DNA of 64,000 bases from Octopus vulgaris. Its lineage: Eukaryota. The stretch spans positions 29,884,001 to 29,948,000 of the forward strand of contig OX597840.1 in NCBI GenBank assembly GCA_951406725.2, in the 5' to 3' direction. Positions 53,040 to 64,000 of the stretch are shown piece by piece. Position 1 is the first letter of the stretch. The number at the start of each line of letters is the position of its first letter. Both the position numbers and the translations under genes were made by a program. Below the pieces are notes generated by a model. The model had not been told where the DNA came from. It saw nothing but the letters and a program-made list of their open reading frames with translations, and did no database searches.

Positions 53040-54366
53040 TGGTAAAAACGGTAAGATAACAGAAGAAAGAAAGAGACCTCAATATTATGTAAATAGAGGA
53101 AATTTATCTGTAAAATAATATGTGACAATTATTCAGTAGCAAATGTCCTCTTCTATAGCCTTGGACCAACCAAACCCTGTGAGTTGATTTGGGAGGAAGA
53201 AATTGAAAGAAGCCCACGGTGTGTATTTATATATCAATCTGTGTATGTTTTTGTATCTGTGTTTCCCTACCACCACCACCACTTGACAACTGGTTTCTGT
53301 GTGCTTACTTCCCTGTAACTTAGCAGTTCGGCAAGAAAGACTAATAGAATAAGCGTCAGTCTTAGCAAAAGATAAGTACTTGGTGGGGTGGGGGTGTCGA
53401 TTCCTTCAGGTAAAAATTCTTCAAGGTAGTGCCCCAACATGGCCACGATCTAATAACAATAAAAAAGAAAAGAAAAGAAGTAAAATAAATAAACCCCTCT
53501 GTGATCAAAAAATTCTGCAAAATGAATATAGAATAATTGCAAATTCCTTACAACAACTTAGAATACATAAAGTATTAGAAAATGTCTTGGAAACTTAGAA
53601 ACTTTCTGCTGCCAGTTGATGGAACAAGCCTGGAAGTGTCAGATTGGTATTTTCAAATTTTCAAAGAATAACTATTTCTTTCTACACAGTGAATTCCATA
53701 AAGAACAGACCAAAATGCCAAGAATAGTACTGACTTTGTGATGTTCAAATTATCTACTATTTTTTTTGAAGCATCAATATTTTTCTTCATTATGGTTCCA
53801 GTTATTATTTAATATGTATAAATGGTTGGTTCTAAATTAATAACAAAGAAAATCTGGATTATATGGAACCATCTCTTGCTTAACACAGTTTGAGTTGGTT
53901 ATTTCAATAAGATCGGTATCAGTATCTGCCTGCCAGATGGTTTCGGTGCCAGGATGTCTAAAACCCATATACATTCTTAACAATTGGTTAATTCATTGCA
54001 AATATATTCAACAGCAGATTGAGGACTTTTAAGATTATGGATTCCATTCTTGGCCTGGATGGCAAAGTTATGTCCTTGAACAAACCACTTCATTTCTTGA
54101 TGCTCTGGCGCTGTGAGGGAACCAGCATGCCAAAAGAATAGACCCAATGTTTCCTCTCTCTGTGTTGTAAGATGCAACTTGAAGTGAGGTAGGATTTGTT
54201 TCCTGACCTTGTGAAAACCCTCATCAGCAATGACTACCCAAACAGACCCATGTGTTGGAGGGTTGTCGCCTGAGTGGTTCAGAGGTGTCATAATAGGGAA
54301 TCACCAACAATTGGTGGATGCAGTGACACATTGTTACAGCTCATGCCCCTACACCTCTCTACAACT

Positions 54367-54405
<39 letters not shown>

Positions 54406-54678
54406 ATAAAATATATATAAAAATACAAAATGGGACAAGAACACAAAACATTCAAATAGATGATACAAAAAACGGACGGGTCATTTGAAGCTTCTAATCT
54501 TCAGTCAAGAACCGGATCATCCTCGCAATTTCGTCTACATGCATTCATACATATCCATACACAAACACAGATATATATATATATATATATATATGCATTC
54601 ATACATATACATACACGTACTCACATACAGACACACACATATATATAGAGTCATACATATACCTATGTATATGAATGT

Positions 54679-54883
54679 GACTGTGTGTGTATCGTTGGCA
54701 ATTTTTTTTCCTCCGTCTTCCCTTCCTTGGATCTTTCCTTTTCCTATGTTTCTGACGAAGAGCTCCGCTCAAAGCAAATCCTTCTTCTTTGTTTCCTTTC
54801 CTGAGCATCCAATAAAACTCTACTTGTTCCACGTCCTTGCATTGTTGTGTTTTCTCTTTGTGTTTTCATGTTTGGATTAACTT
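54679..54883 (+). mobile_element. ~205-bp pLTR-like cassette with decayed hammerhead
   Basis: GTTT CTGACGA A GAGC tcc GCTC AAAG; inverted copy at 55755-55961. Confidence 0.7.
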
Positions 54884-55340
54884 TATATACCTATGTATAC
54901 ATACATCACCTAAGGAAATGAACACAATGGCGGTGCCCCAGCATGGCCACAGCTCGTGAGCTGAAACTAGATAAAATAAAATAAATAAAAGAAAAATAAA
55001 CATAAGTATGATCCACCCAATGTCCATGGATACTATGGTCTGTACTGTAATCCTCCCAGGAATACGGACTATGATCATAAGAAACATGTGATTTGTGGAA
55101 ACATGCATAGTGATGCATTAAAATAATTCTAAATTCCACCCATGGATTATTATTATTATTATTATTATTACAATATTTAACTCACATTCTATCAGAACAG
55201 CTCAGTTGTAACCCCATAAAACTGCTACAGTCAGTTGGCATCGTCAGGCTGTAGGTGACCTAATAGAACAGAGGAGCTTTTATTTGCATAATCAAAAATG
55301 TTTCTAATAAAGCATGCACATACACACACACACACATATA

Positions 55341-55530
55341 TATTATCCGAAATGTACAGTATTATATCTCCACCTTGGCTGATCTTACCTATCAGTTTCA
55401 CACTAGGAATACAATGAAGTGTTAGGCAACAATTTGATTATATAACCTTACGCTCATCAGAGCAGAGTGAAACTGATTGCTAAGATCAGCCATGATGGAT
55501 ATTATATAATACTGTACACTTCAGATAATA
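55341..55530. repeat. Inverted repeat, ~60-bp arms
   Basis: TATTATCCGAAATGTACAGTATTATAT..GGCTGATCTTA..TCAGTTTCAC / GTGAAACTGA..TAAGATCAGCC..ATATAATACTGTACACTTCAGATAATA. Confidence 0.8.
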
Positions 55531-55579
55531 TACCCACTCTATTGACAAATATTTGAGTGCATTGTTTTGCTGACTTATG

Positions 55580-55708
55580 GACTCTTAGGCAACTCATGTA
55601 TCATCATCATCATCATCATCATCATCCTCATCGTTTAACGTCCGTTCTCCATGCTGGACGTTAAATGATGATGATGATGATGATGATGATACATGAGTTG
55701 CCTAAGAG

Positions 55709-55710
<2 letters not shown>
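55580..55710. repeat. Fold-back palindrome including a family C tail and flanking DNA
   Basis: GACTCTTAGGCAACTCATGTAT(CAT)n..TTTAACGTCC / GGACGTTAAA(TGA)n..ATACATGAGTTGCCTAAGAGTC. Confidence 0.9.
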
Positions 55711-55757
<47 letters not shown>

Positions 55758-55858
55758 TTTAACCCAAACATGAAAACACAAAGAGAAAGCACAACAATGT
55801 GAGGACGTGGAACAAGTATAGTGTTATTGGACGCCCAGGAAAGAAGGAAAGAAGGAGG

Positions 55859-55893
55859 GTTCAACGTTTCGAGTGGAGCTCTTCGTCAGAAAC
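55859..55893 (-). ncRNA. Minimal type-I hammerhead within cassette 55755-55961
   Basis: Minus strand GTTT CTGACGA A GAG ctcca CTC GAAA CGT T GAAC; palindromic AACGTT; GUU site. Confidence 0.7.
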
Positions 55894-56727
55894 ATAGGAA
55901 AAGGAAAGATCTAAGGAAGGGAAGACGGAGGAAAAAAAATGCCAACGATACACACACAGTCATATATTGAATGATATATATATATATATATATATTTGTA
56001 TGTTTACATTCGAAATAAGATGTTACTATTGTTAATATCTGTGGTGAATATTTTTAATCAATAATATTAACAGTAGTTACATAGGCAGTTCACAGGATTA
56101 TTAGCATTATATAACTATAAAATTTATGAAATATAGCTATAAAATTTAAAATTAGCATGGAACATAAGGATGCAGGAGGCATCAACCTGCTTAGAAATAA
56201 ATGCTAAAGTTTCAATACAACCACGGGAAGGCACCAAAATAACAGTAAGCATTATATGCCATTCAGATGCTCATATACCATGGTTTCTGGTTCAGGCCCA
56301 TTGGGCCTCAACCTTCTTCAGTATGAGTTACTGGGAAAATTCTAAATCTGCCACTATATAAATCCATTACCATTCTGGCTAGTTTTGCACTAAACCAGTC
56401 AACTTGGTGCATATATATTTATGAGCAAAATATTCGAATGTTTACGTTCGAAATAAGATGTTACTATCGATAATATTATCTGTGGTGAATATCTTTAATT
56501 GATAATATTAACAGCAGTAACATAGTAATATATATATATATATATGTATACACATACATCCACACACACACACACACACAAACACATATATATATATATT
56601 GGAAGGTTTTGAGATGATGTACAGGTATTTTATATCAGAAGAAATGAGGTAGTCAGAAATTCGGATGTTTTTTATATTTACAGATATTTATTTGTATGAC
56701 ATTTTTTTATACATCATATCACTTAGA

Positions 56728-56767
56728 TCATTAGCGCTTTCTCCCATTCTAGTGGGATTTTCAAATC
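56728..56767 (-). ncRNA. Degenerate minimal hammerhead
   Basis: Minus strand TTGAAAA TCCCA ctagaa TGGGA GAAA GCGC TA; perfect stem II and AGCGCT palindrome, mutated CUGANGA; cassette lies between TA tracts. Confidence 0.45.
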
Positions 56768-56815
56768 GAACTAAGTTCCTGTGAAAGAGTTTTGACCATT
56801 TTATAGTGGTATTGA

Positions 56816-56869
<54 letters not shown>

Positions 56870-57540
56870 GCCAGGTGCAGCCATCTGGTTCCCCAGTCCT
56901 CAGTCAAATTGTCCAACCCATGCTAGCATGGAAAGCAGACATTAAATGATGATGATGGTGATGATATATATATATATATGGCTACTGTGCCAGTGGTATG
57001 GAAATAGCACCATTTGAGTGTGGTTGTTGCCAGTGCCACATGACTCCCTCCTGTGCATGTGGCATGTAAAAAGCACCATTTGAGCATGGCTGGTGCTAGT
57101 ACTGCCTGACTGGACCCTGTGCCGGTGGCACATAAAAGCATCCACTACACTCTTGGAGTGGTTGGCAGTTGGCATTAGGAAGGGCATCCAGCTGTAGAAA
57201 CATTGCGAGATCAGATTGGTGCCTGGTGCAGCCTACTGGCTCGCAAGGCTTCAGTCAGACTGTCCAGCATAGAAAGCAGACGGTAAACAACAACGACGAT
57301 GATGATGATACACACACACACACACACATACACACACACACATACACACACACACACATACACACACACATATACACACACACACACAGACAGACACACA
57401 CATGCGCACACACATATACGATGGGTTACTTTTAATTTCTGTCTACCAAATCCAGTCTGAAGGTTTTGGTCAGCCTGAAGATATAGTAGAAGACACTTGC
57501 CCAAGGTACCACTCAGTAGGACTGAGCCTAGAACCATGTA

Positions 57541-57956
57541 CAGTTGCGGCCAAAATATTCAGAATTGTTTTCGTCAGAGAAGTAGGTATAAGATCACCCA
57601 GCAAGAAATTGAAAATTTAATTTCCTCATGCAGTAGAAGATGTCAGAGTGTGATTGAAGCTAAAGGGCTTCACACTAAATATTAAATAATTCCAGTATTC
57701 TCTGTCATTTTTGATTATTTTGTTATTTTTTTCAACCGTTCTGATCATTTTGACCGCCATGGGTTTTGCAGTAAATCCCTAAATCATCCATAATTTTTGT
57801 ATTATCCTTTCAAATTACACCAAAATCTCAGACAATAACAAATAATGCTGTATTTATTGTTTGTGAAAATTATAGAATATAAAACAACTTTGATAAAAAA
57901 TTATATCTACTTTTCTGACGAAAACAATGCCGTTCTGAACATTTTGGCCACAACTG
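57541..57956 (+). mobile_element. Internally deleted Tc1-type transposon with TA TSD
   Basis: TA|CAGTTGCGGCCAAAATATTCAGAA...TTCTGAACATTTTGGCCACAACTG|TA, ~50-bp TIRs; internal ITQQEIENLISSCSRRCQSVIEAKGLHTKY* is a Tc1 transposase C-terminus. Confidence 0.9.
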
Positions 57957-58154
57957 TAGATAAGAAACCATCTTCTGACCACTGGGCCAATCCGGCTCCT
58001 TAGCCATGGCTGCACCTCTGTGTATTCACAGACAGAAGTGAAAGCATTTTATATGTTCTGGTGTCAGCGGAGGGAGGAAGGAGTGGAATATCAAAACAAA
58101 CCATTTCTTTGATTTCCACAAGGACAACAGACAAAGAAAGATGGAAGACGGTAG

Positions 58155-58679
58155 AAGTGGTGGTCATTGTGGTGAGGATGATGATGATGGTAAGAATGAC
58201 GATGATAATGATGACGATAATAATGATAAGGCCAACGACACCAATGATGATGCTGCTGCTGATGATGCTGGTGAGGATGATGATGATGGCGACTATGACA
58301 AGGACAAGGAGGAAGATGATGATGATGATGATGCTGATGACAATTATGATGATATCAATGACACTGATGATTATGGACATAAAAATGATGCCAACAATAC
58401 CAATGATAATGGCGACAGAGCAGGTGATGACAAAAATCAGGATGATGATGATGATGATGATGGCGAAGGTGGGGATGAAGATGGTGGTGGTGGTGGTGAT
58501 GTGATGATAATGATGATGAAGATAGTGATGGTGGTGGTGATGATGATGATGATGGTGGTGGTGGCGATGATGATGATGATAGTGATGATGATAGTGATGA
58601 TGGTGATGACGATGATGATGAGGATGAGGATGAGGATGGTGATGGTGGTGATGATGATGATGATGATGGTGGTGGTGGC

Positions 58680-58728
<49 letters not shown>

Positions 58729-58804
58729 TGGTGGTGGTGGTGGTGGTGGTGGTGATGATGATGAGGATGATGATGGTGATGGTGATGGTGATGGTGGTGG
58801 TGGC

Positions 58805-58843
<39 letters not shown>

Positions 58844-59030
58844 GATGATGGTGGTGGTGATGATGATGAGGATGATGATGGTGATGGTGGTGGTGATGAT
58901 GATGAGGATGATGATGGTGATGGTGATGGTGATGATGATGATGATGGTGATGGTGATGGTGATGGTGATGGTGGTGGTGGCGATGATGATGATGATGATA
59001 GTGATAGCGATGATGGTGATGACGATGATG
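58155..59030. repeat. (GAT/GGT)n array
   Basis: Direct reading. Confidence 0.95.
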
Positions 59031-59194
59031 AGTTGGGTCATAAGAAACAAAAAAATTATTCAAATTTATAAAGAAAAAACAAATATATTCTGAGTGTAAA
59101 TGTTTCATAAACTGAATAAAGAAAAAAAAGGACAGAAAAATACTTCAAGAAGTGAAAATTCACAAACAAAATTGGCAGTTTGTCAGTACTAGGC

Positions 59195-59195
59195 C

Positions 59196-59245
<50 letters not shown>

Positions 59246-59372
59246 AGCTTCAGCAGCAGCAGCAGCAGCAGCAGCAGCTGTAGTAGTAGTAATAGTAGTA
59301 GTAGTAGTAGTGGTGGTGGTGGTGGTGGTGGTAGTAGTAGTAGTAATAGTAGTAGTAATAGTAGTGGTGGTT

Positions 59373-59413
<41 letters not shown>

Positions 59414-59414
59414 G

Positions 59415-59445
<31 letters not shown>

Positions 59446-59627
59446 CGGTAGTAGTGGTAGTAGTAGTAGTAGTAGTGGTAGTAGTAGTAGTAGTGGTAGT
59501 AGTAATAGTAGTAGTAATAGTAGTGGTAGTAGTAATAGTAGTAGTAATAGTAGTAGTAGTAGTAGTGGTGGTGGTGGTGGTGGTGGTAGTAGTAGTAGTA
59601 ATAGTAGTAGTAATAGTAGTGGTGGTT

Positions 59628-59674
<47 letters not shown>

Positions 59675-59675
59675 G

Positions 59676-59712
<37 letters not shown>

Positions 59713-59897
59713 CGGTAGTAGTGGTAGTAGTAGTAGTAGTAGTGGTAGTAGTAGTAGTAGTAGTGGTAGTAGTAATAGTAGTAGTAATAGTAGTGGTAGT
59801 AGTAATAGTAGTAGTAATAGTAGTAGTAGTAGTAGTGGTGGTGGTGGTGGTGGTGGTAGTAGTAGTAGTAATAGTAGTAGTAATAGTAGTGGTGGTT

Positions 59898-59941
<44 letters not shown>

Positions 59942-60020
59942 GGTAGTAGTAATAATAGTAGTAGTAGTGGTAGTAGTAACAGTAGTAGTAGTGGTAGTAC
60001 TAATAGTAGTAGTAGTAAGA
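59195..60020. repeat. (GAT)n-(CAG)n-(AGT/GGT)n compound array with ~255-270-bp higher-order unit
   Basis: Marker GGTGGTTGTAG with TTG at 59371, 59626, 59896. Confidence 0.9.
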
Positions 60021-60238
60021 ACAGTCGTCATTGTCATTATCATTAACATCATAATTGTTGCTGCTCTTGATGTTGTTGTTATCGTCATCTTTTTGGTCTA
60101 AATACATGAAGATGATCAATATGGCTTTGTGTTGGAAGCTGTGTTCTGTCCAAAATGTCTTTATTTTTGTGATTCCAAAAAACACGGATTACATTGTTAA
60201 GCAATGTTGTTTCGTTTGATCAGCTCTTTTGTCGACTG

Positions 60239-60646
60239 TACTCTTTACTCTTTTACTCTTTTACATGTTTCAGTCATTTGACTGCGGCCATGCTGGAACA
60301 TCGCCTTTTAGTCGAGTGAATCGACCCCAGGACTTATTTTTGTAAGCCCAGTACTTATTCTATCGGTCTGTTTTCCCGAACCGCTAAGTGACGGGGACGT
60401 AAACACACCAGCATCGGTTGTCAAGCAATGCTAGGGGGACAAACACAGACACACAAACACATACACACACGCATATATATATATACATATATACGACAGG
60501 CTTCTTTCAGTTTCCGTCTACCAAATCCACTCACAAGGCATTGGTCGGCCCGGGGCTATAGCAGAAGACACTTGCCCAAGATGCCACGTAGTGGGATTGA
60601 ACCCGGAACCCTGTGGTTGGTTAGCAAGCTACTTACCACACAGCCA
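60239..60646 (-). mobile_element. SINE family A
   Basis: Near-complete reverse copy. Confidence 0.9.
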
Positions 60647-60759
60647 CAGGTTCCAAACATAAAGGTATGTGCCATAAATGAACTCAATGCAAAACATAAG
60701 GTCAGTCAAAGGAGCTCAACAGAAAATTGCTCAAATATGAAGCTTTGCCCCTAAAATGG

Positions 60760-61149
60760 TTGTGACCCCCTTCGGTTATGAATGACCATGGGATTGCACT
60801 TAGAAAATAACCCTCCGAGGTACAAGTCTGGGCAAGGTTGTTTATGGAAGACCATCAGTCGCCCATGCATACCAGCCTCCCCTCTTCATGCCACCGATGT
60901 TATCCAAGGGAAAGGCAAAAGGGGCCGATACAGCTTGGCACCTGTGACGTCGCAGGTCATTTATTAATGTGCAAGTGGCTGAGAATTCCACAGACACATG
61001 TACCCTTAATGTAGTTCTTGGGGATATTCAGTGTGACACAGAGTGTGACAAGGCTGTTACAGGGACGTAAATACACCAGCATCGGTTGACAAGCGATGGG
61101 GGGGAACAAACACAGACACACAAACACACACAGACACACACACATATAG

Positions 61150-61196
<47 letters not shown>

Positions 61197-61362
61197 TACG
61201 ACGGGCTTCTTTCAGTTTCCATCTACTAAATCCACTCACAAGGCTTTGGTCAGCCCAAGGCTTATAGTAGAAGACACTTGCCCAAGGTGCCATGCAGTGG
61301 GACTGAACCCAGAACCATGTGGTTCATAAGCAAGCTACTTACCACACAGCCACTCCTATGCC
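60760..61362 (-). mobile_element. Chimeric SINE stack: family A (61057-61362), D tail i fragment, D2 tail
   Basis: Segments match the reverse complement of 9234-9490, then 26495-26585, then the reverse complement of 62390-62482. Confidence 0.75.
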
Positions 61363-61788
61363 TACTTGAAATTCAAGCAGTTTGTTGAGAAATCTTTTAA
61401 GAACTGCCCTGCCAGCTCAACAGCTCATTTAATTATCCTGGCTACATCACTTTCAAAGTATATTGGGAAAGCTAGAGAGAAAAAGGGAAACCATTTGTCA
61501 TTTTAGCTTAAGCTTAAATGGAAAAAAGCAAACTTATATCAAGGTGTTTAATTATGTCCAAATACCTTCTTGGCAATTTCAAGAGAACCAATTTGAACTC
61601 ATGATACAGAGCAGATAATAGCAGACTTAAAAAAATATGCACAAAATGTCATATTTACAGCATCTACAGTCAAGCAATATAATTTGTTTCAAGCATGAAG
61701 TTATTTATTCAAATGGCCAAAAGATAGGGTCACTCTAACAAAAATATAATACTTGTTTAATTGACATTTAATACATACATACATACAT

Positions 61789-61821
<33 letters not shown>

Positions 61822-61840
61822 TAGACAGACAGACATATTC

Positions 61841-62098
61841 GAAAGGAATGAAAATTTAAAAAGTTTACCATCTCAGTTATTTCCAAGACTATGATTTCTA
61901 ACTATTTCCAGCAAAAAAATATTTGCTGAAGACCAGTTTCATCAGTGGGACAGCCTTTTGATTTCAAATACACAACACAGCCAGGCTGTCCCACTGATGA
62001 AACTGGTCTTCAGCAAATATTTTTTTGCTGGAAATAGTTAGAAATCATGGTCTGGGAAATAACTGAGATGGTAAACGTTTTTAATTTTCATTCCTTTC
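61841..62098. repeat. Inverted repeat (115-bp arms, 28-nt spacer) with a hammerhead in each arm
   Basis: Arms 61841-61955 and 61984-62098 are near-perfect reverse complements. Confidence 0.95.
61989..62057 (+). ncRNA. Type-I hammerhead ribozyme with intact core
   Basis: TCCCA CTGATGA AACTG..TTCAGCAAA..TTTGCTGGA..TAGTT A GAAA TCATGG TC TGGGA; GUC site; mirror copy at 61882-61950 (-). Confidence 0.8.
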
Positions 62099-62177
62099 AA
62101 AAATGTATCCTTATTTGGTGGTTTTGAGTTTTCTACTGCTCTTTCTAGCACAGGGCTTTCCTATTTGGAAGCCCCTT

Positions 62178-62221
<44 letters not shown>

Positions 62222-62242
62222 TAGATAGATAGATAGATAGAT

Positions 62243-62482
62243 AGTGAAGGCACATGGCTCAGTGGTTAGAGCATCGAGCTTACAATCGCAAGGTTGCGAA
62301 CTGGAATCCCGGACCGAGCTGCATGTTGTGTTCTTGAGCAAGACACTTTATTTCACGTTGCTCCAGTTCACTCAGCTGTAGAAATGAGTTGCGACGTCAC
62401 AGGTGCCAAGCTGTATCGGCCCCTTTGCCTTTCTCTTGGATAACACTGGTGGCGTGGAGAGAGGAGGCTGGTATGCATGGGC
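62243..62482 (+). mobile_element. tRNA-headed SINE family D2
   Basis: GTGAAGGCACATGGCTCAGTGGTTAGAGC...TGTTGTGTTCTTGAGCAAGACACTT...CACTCAGCTGTAGAAATGAG. Confidence 0.85.
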
Positions 62483-63116
62483 AACCTGTTGCTCGCTCCT
62501 TTTTATTTATATACATACATACATATATATATATATATATGTATGTATATAGAACTTTTTAAAGAAAAGTTCCTACAGATAATGGTTATATTTACATACT
62601 GAATTCTACCAGTAAATAATTGTTGGCTTTTTAAAATTAATAATTGTTTGCCCTTATATATACATATAATGTCAGCGAGGTGGCATCATTTGAAGGCTAA
62701 AACAATGCGAAGCACATTGTGACCAGCGATGTGCAACAGCATCTGATAGCCTGGTCGGTCACGGTGATATATATACATATATATAAATTGGAAATTAAAA
62801 CAAAACAACAAAAGTCAAAATGACATACATATGGAGCGTATGAGGTTGACTTTCAGTATAAGATGGAAAAAGAGTGAGTGTATAATGTTTTGAGCATTAC
62901 TCTTCTTCAGGAAGAAGAGAGAGGTGAGGTCTGAAGACAAGGGAAAACAATACGTGTCTGGTTACATTGCAATGCACAAAAATGTTGAATGTGCAGTAAT
63001 AGAGTGAGTAATGAATAAAGTTGATCAAGTGTAATAAGAGCATTTGACAGCAGTTTCTTCATTTTAGATTCTTCAGAAATTGTATAGAAAGGAATTTCAT
63101 ATAATATTACATAACG

Positions 63117-63199
63117 GTGTGTGTGTGTGTTTGTGTGTTTGTGTTTGTGTGTGTGTGTTTGTGTGTGTTTGTGTGTTTGTGTGTGTGTGTTTGTGTGTT

Positions 63200-63234
<35 letters not shown>

Positions 63235-63408
63235 GTGTTTGTGTTTGTGTGTATTTGTGTGTGTTCGTGTGTGTGTGTATGTGTGTGTGTGTGTTTGTGT
63301 GTGTATGTGCGCATGTGTGTGTGTTTGTGTGTTTGTGCGTGTGTGTGTGTGTTTGTGTGTATTTGTGTGTGTTTGCGTGTGTGTGTGTGTTTGTGTTTGT
63401 GTGTGTGT
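63117..63408. repeat. (GT/GTTT)n microsatellite
   Basis: Direct reading. Confidence 0.95.
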
Positions 63409-63729
63409 AGATCTCCTCCTGACATCATATCAAAGTTGTAAACAAAATTCCCTGTTATACAAGCAGTGTCATTCATATCCAGTCGTCTTTGTAGACACAT
63501 CACACTAGAAGGAAATGGGAAATATAATGACAGCAATAACAGCGGCAGAAGTGGTGATGGTGGCAGTAGTGGTGATGGTGGCAGTAGTGATGACGATGAT
63601 GAGTATGATGACGATGATGAGTATGATGATGATGATGAGTATGATGACGATGATGCCAACTACACTGGCCACAAGGATGATGTCAACGAGGATGTTGGTG
63701 GTGACGTTACATTTCTCTTGTTTACTTAC

Positions 63730-63865
63730 AAAGAACAGAGTAACAGTCCAGACAGGTGTGTTGTTTGTCGTTCAATATACTTCTCTCGTTTACTCGCAAA
63801 GAAGAAAACACGGTGCTTCTCCAGATAGGTGTGAAGTCTGTTTATTCCAACTCTAAAACTCAAGA
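63730..63865 (-). CDS. Candidate 136-nt internal exon, product unknown
   Basis: Minus strand (ATT)n-ACAG acceptor and GTAAGT donor; only one of three frames is open (LSFRVGINRLHTYLEKHRVFFFASKREKYIERQTTHLSGLLLCS); no domain recognised. Confidence 0.25.
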
Positions 63866-63867
63866 CT

Positions 63868-63903
<36 letters not shown>

Positions 63904-64000
63904 TAAACCAAAAATTGAGACGCCTTGTGAACGTTCTCATGGGTTCCAGTACCCATGAATTCTGCAGGCAAGTGATCTGTTTCTTTATTGCTCACAAGGG

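Noticed and set aside
59180-60101. Ser/Gly-rich or Thr-rich (mucin-like) protein
   Set aside because: Pure trinucleotide repeat open in several frames, with no codon variation or splice context.

Overview
This is AT-rich eukaryotic DNA with no confidently identifiable host gene. The repeat landscape resembles an Octopus (coleoid cephalopod) genome; this is recognition from memory, not a database result. Almost all listed ORFs are translated microsatellites or SINEs. The window holds (i) several families of tRNA-headed SINEs, some modular and some inserted as TSD-flanked multimers; (ii) a (GAT)n-tailed retroposon carrying an expandable 62-bp GC-rich double-hairpin array (about 24 units at 16.9-18.4 kb); (iii) RTE-clade LINE remnants, one with three C-terminal C2H2 zinc fingers, next to a non-autonomous partner with the same tail; (iv) mariner, Tc1, piggyBac-like MITE and Helitron relics. 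The most notable signal is about 17 minimal type-I hammerhead ribozyme motifs (CUGANGA...GAAA-palindrome-UH), from roughly a dozen apparently unrelated sequence families. Most lie in short cassettes at (TA)n or similar microsatellites, and several sit in long fold-back palindromes, matching Penelope-like retroelement pseudo-LTRs. One weak candidate minus-strand exon lies near the window end. Family labels A-E are my own, and most repeat boundaries are approximate to about 10 bp.
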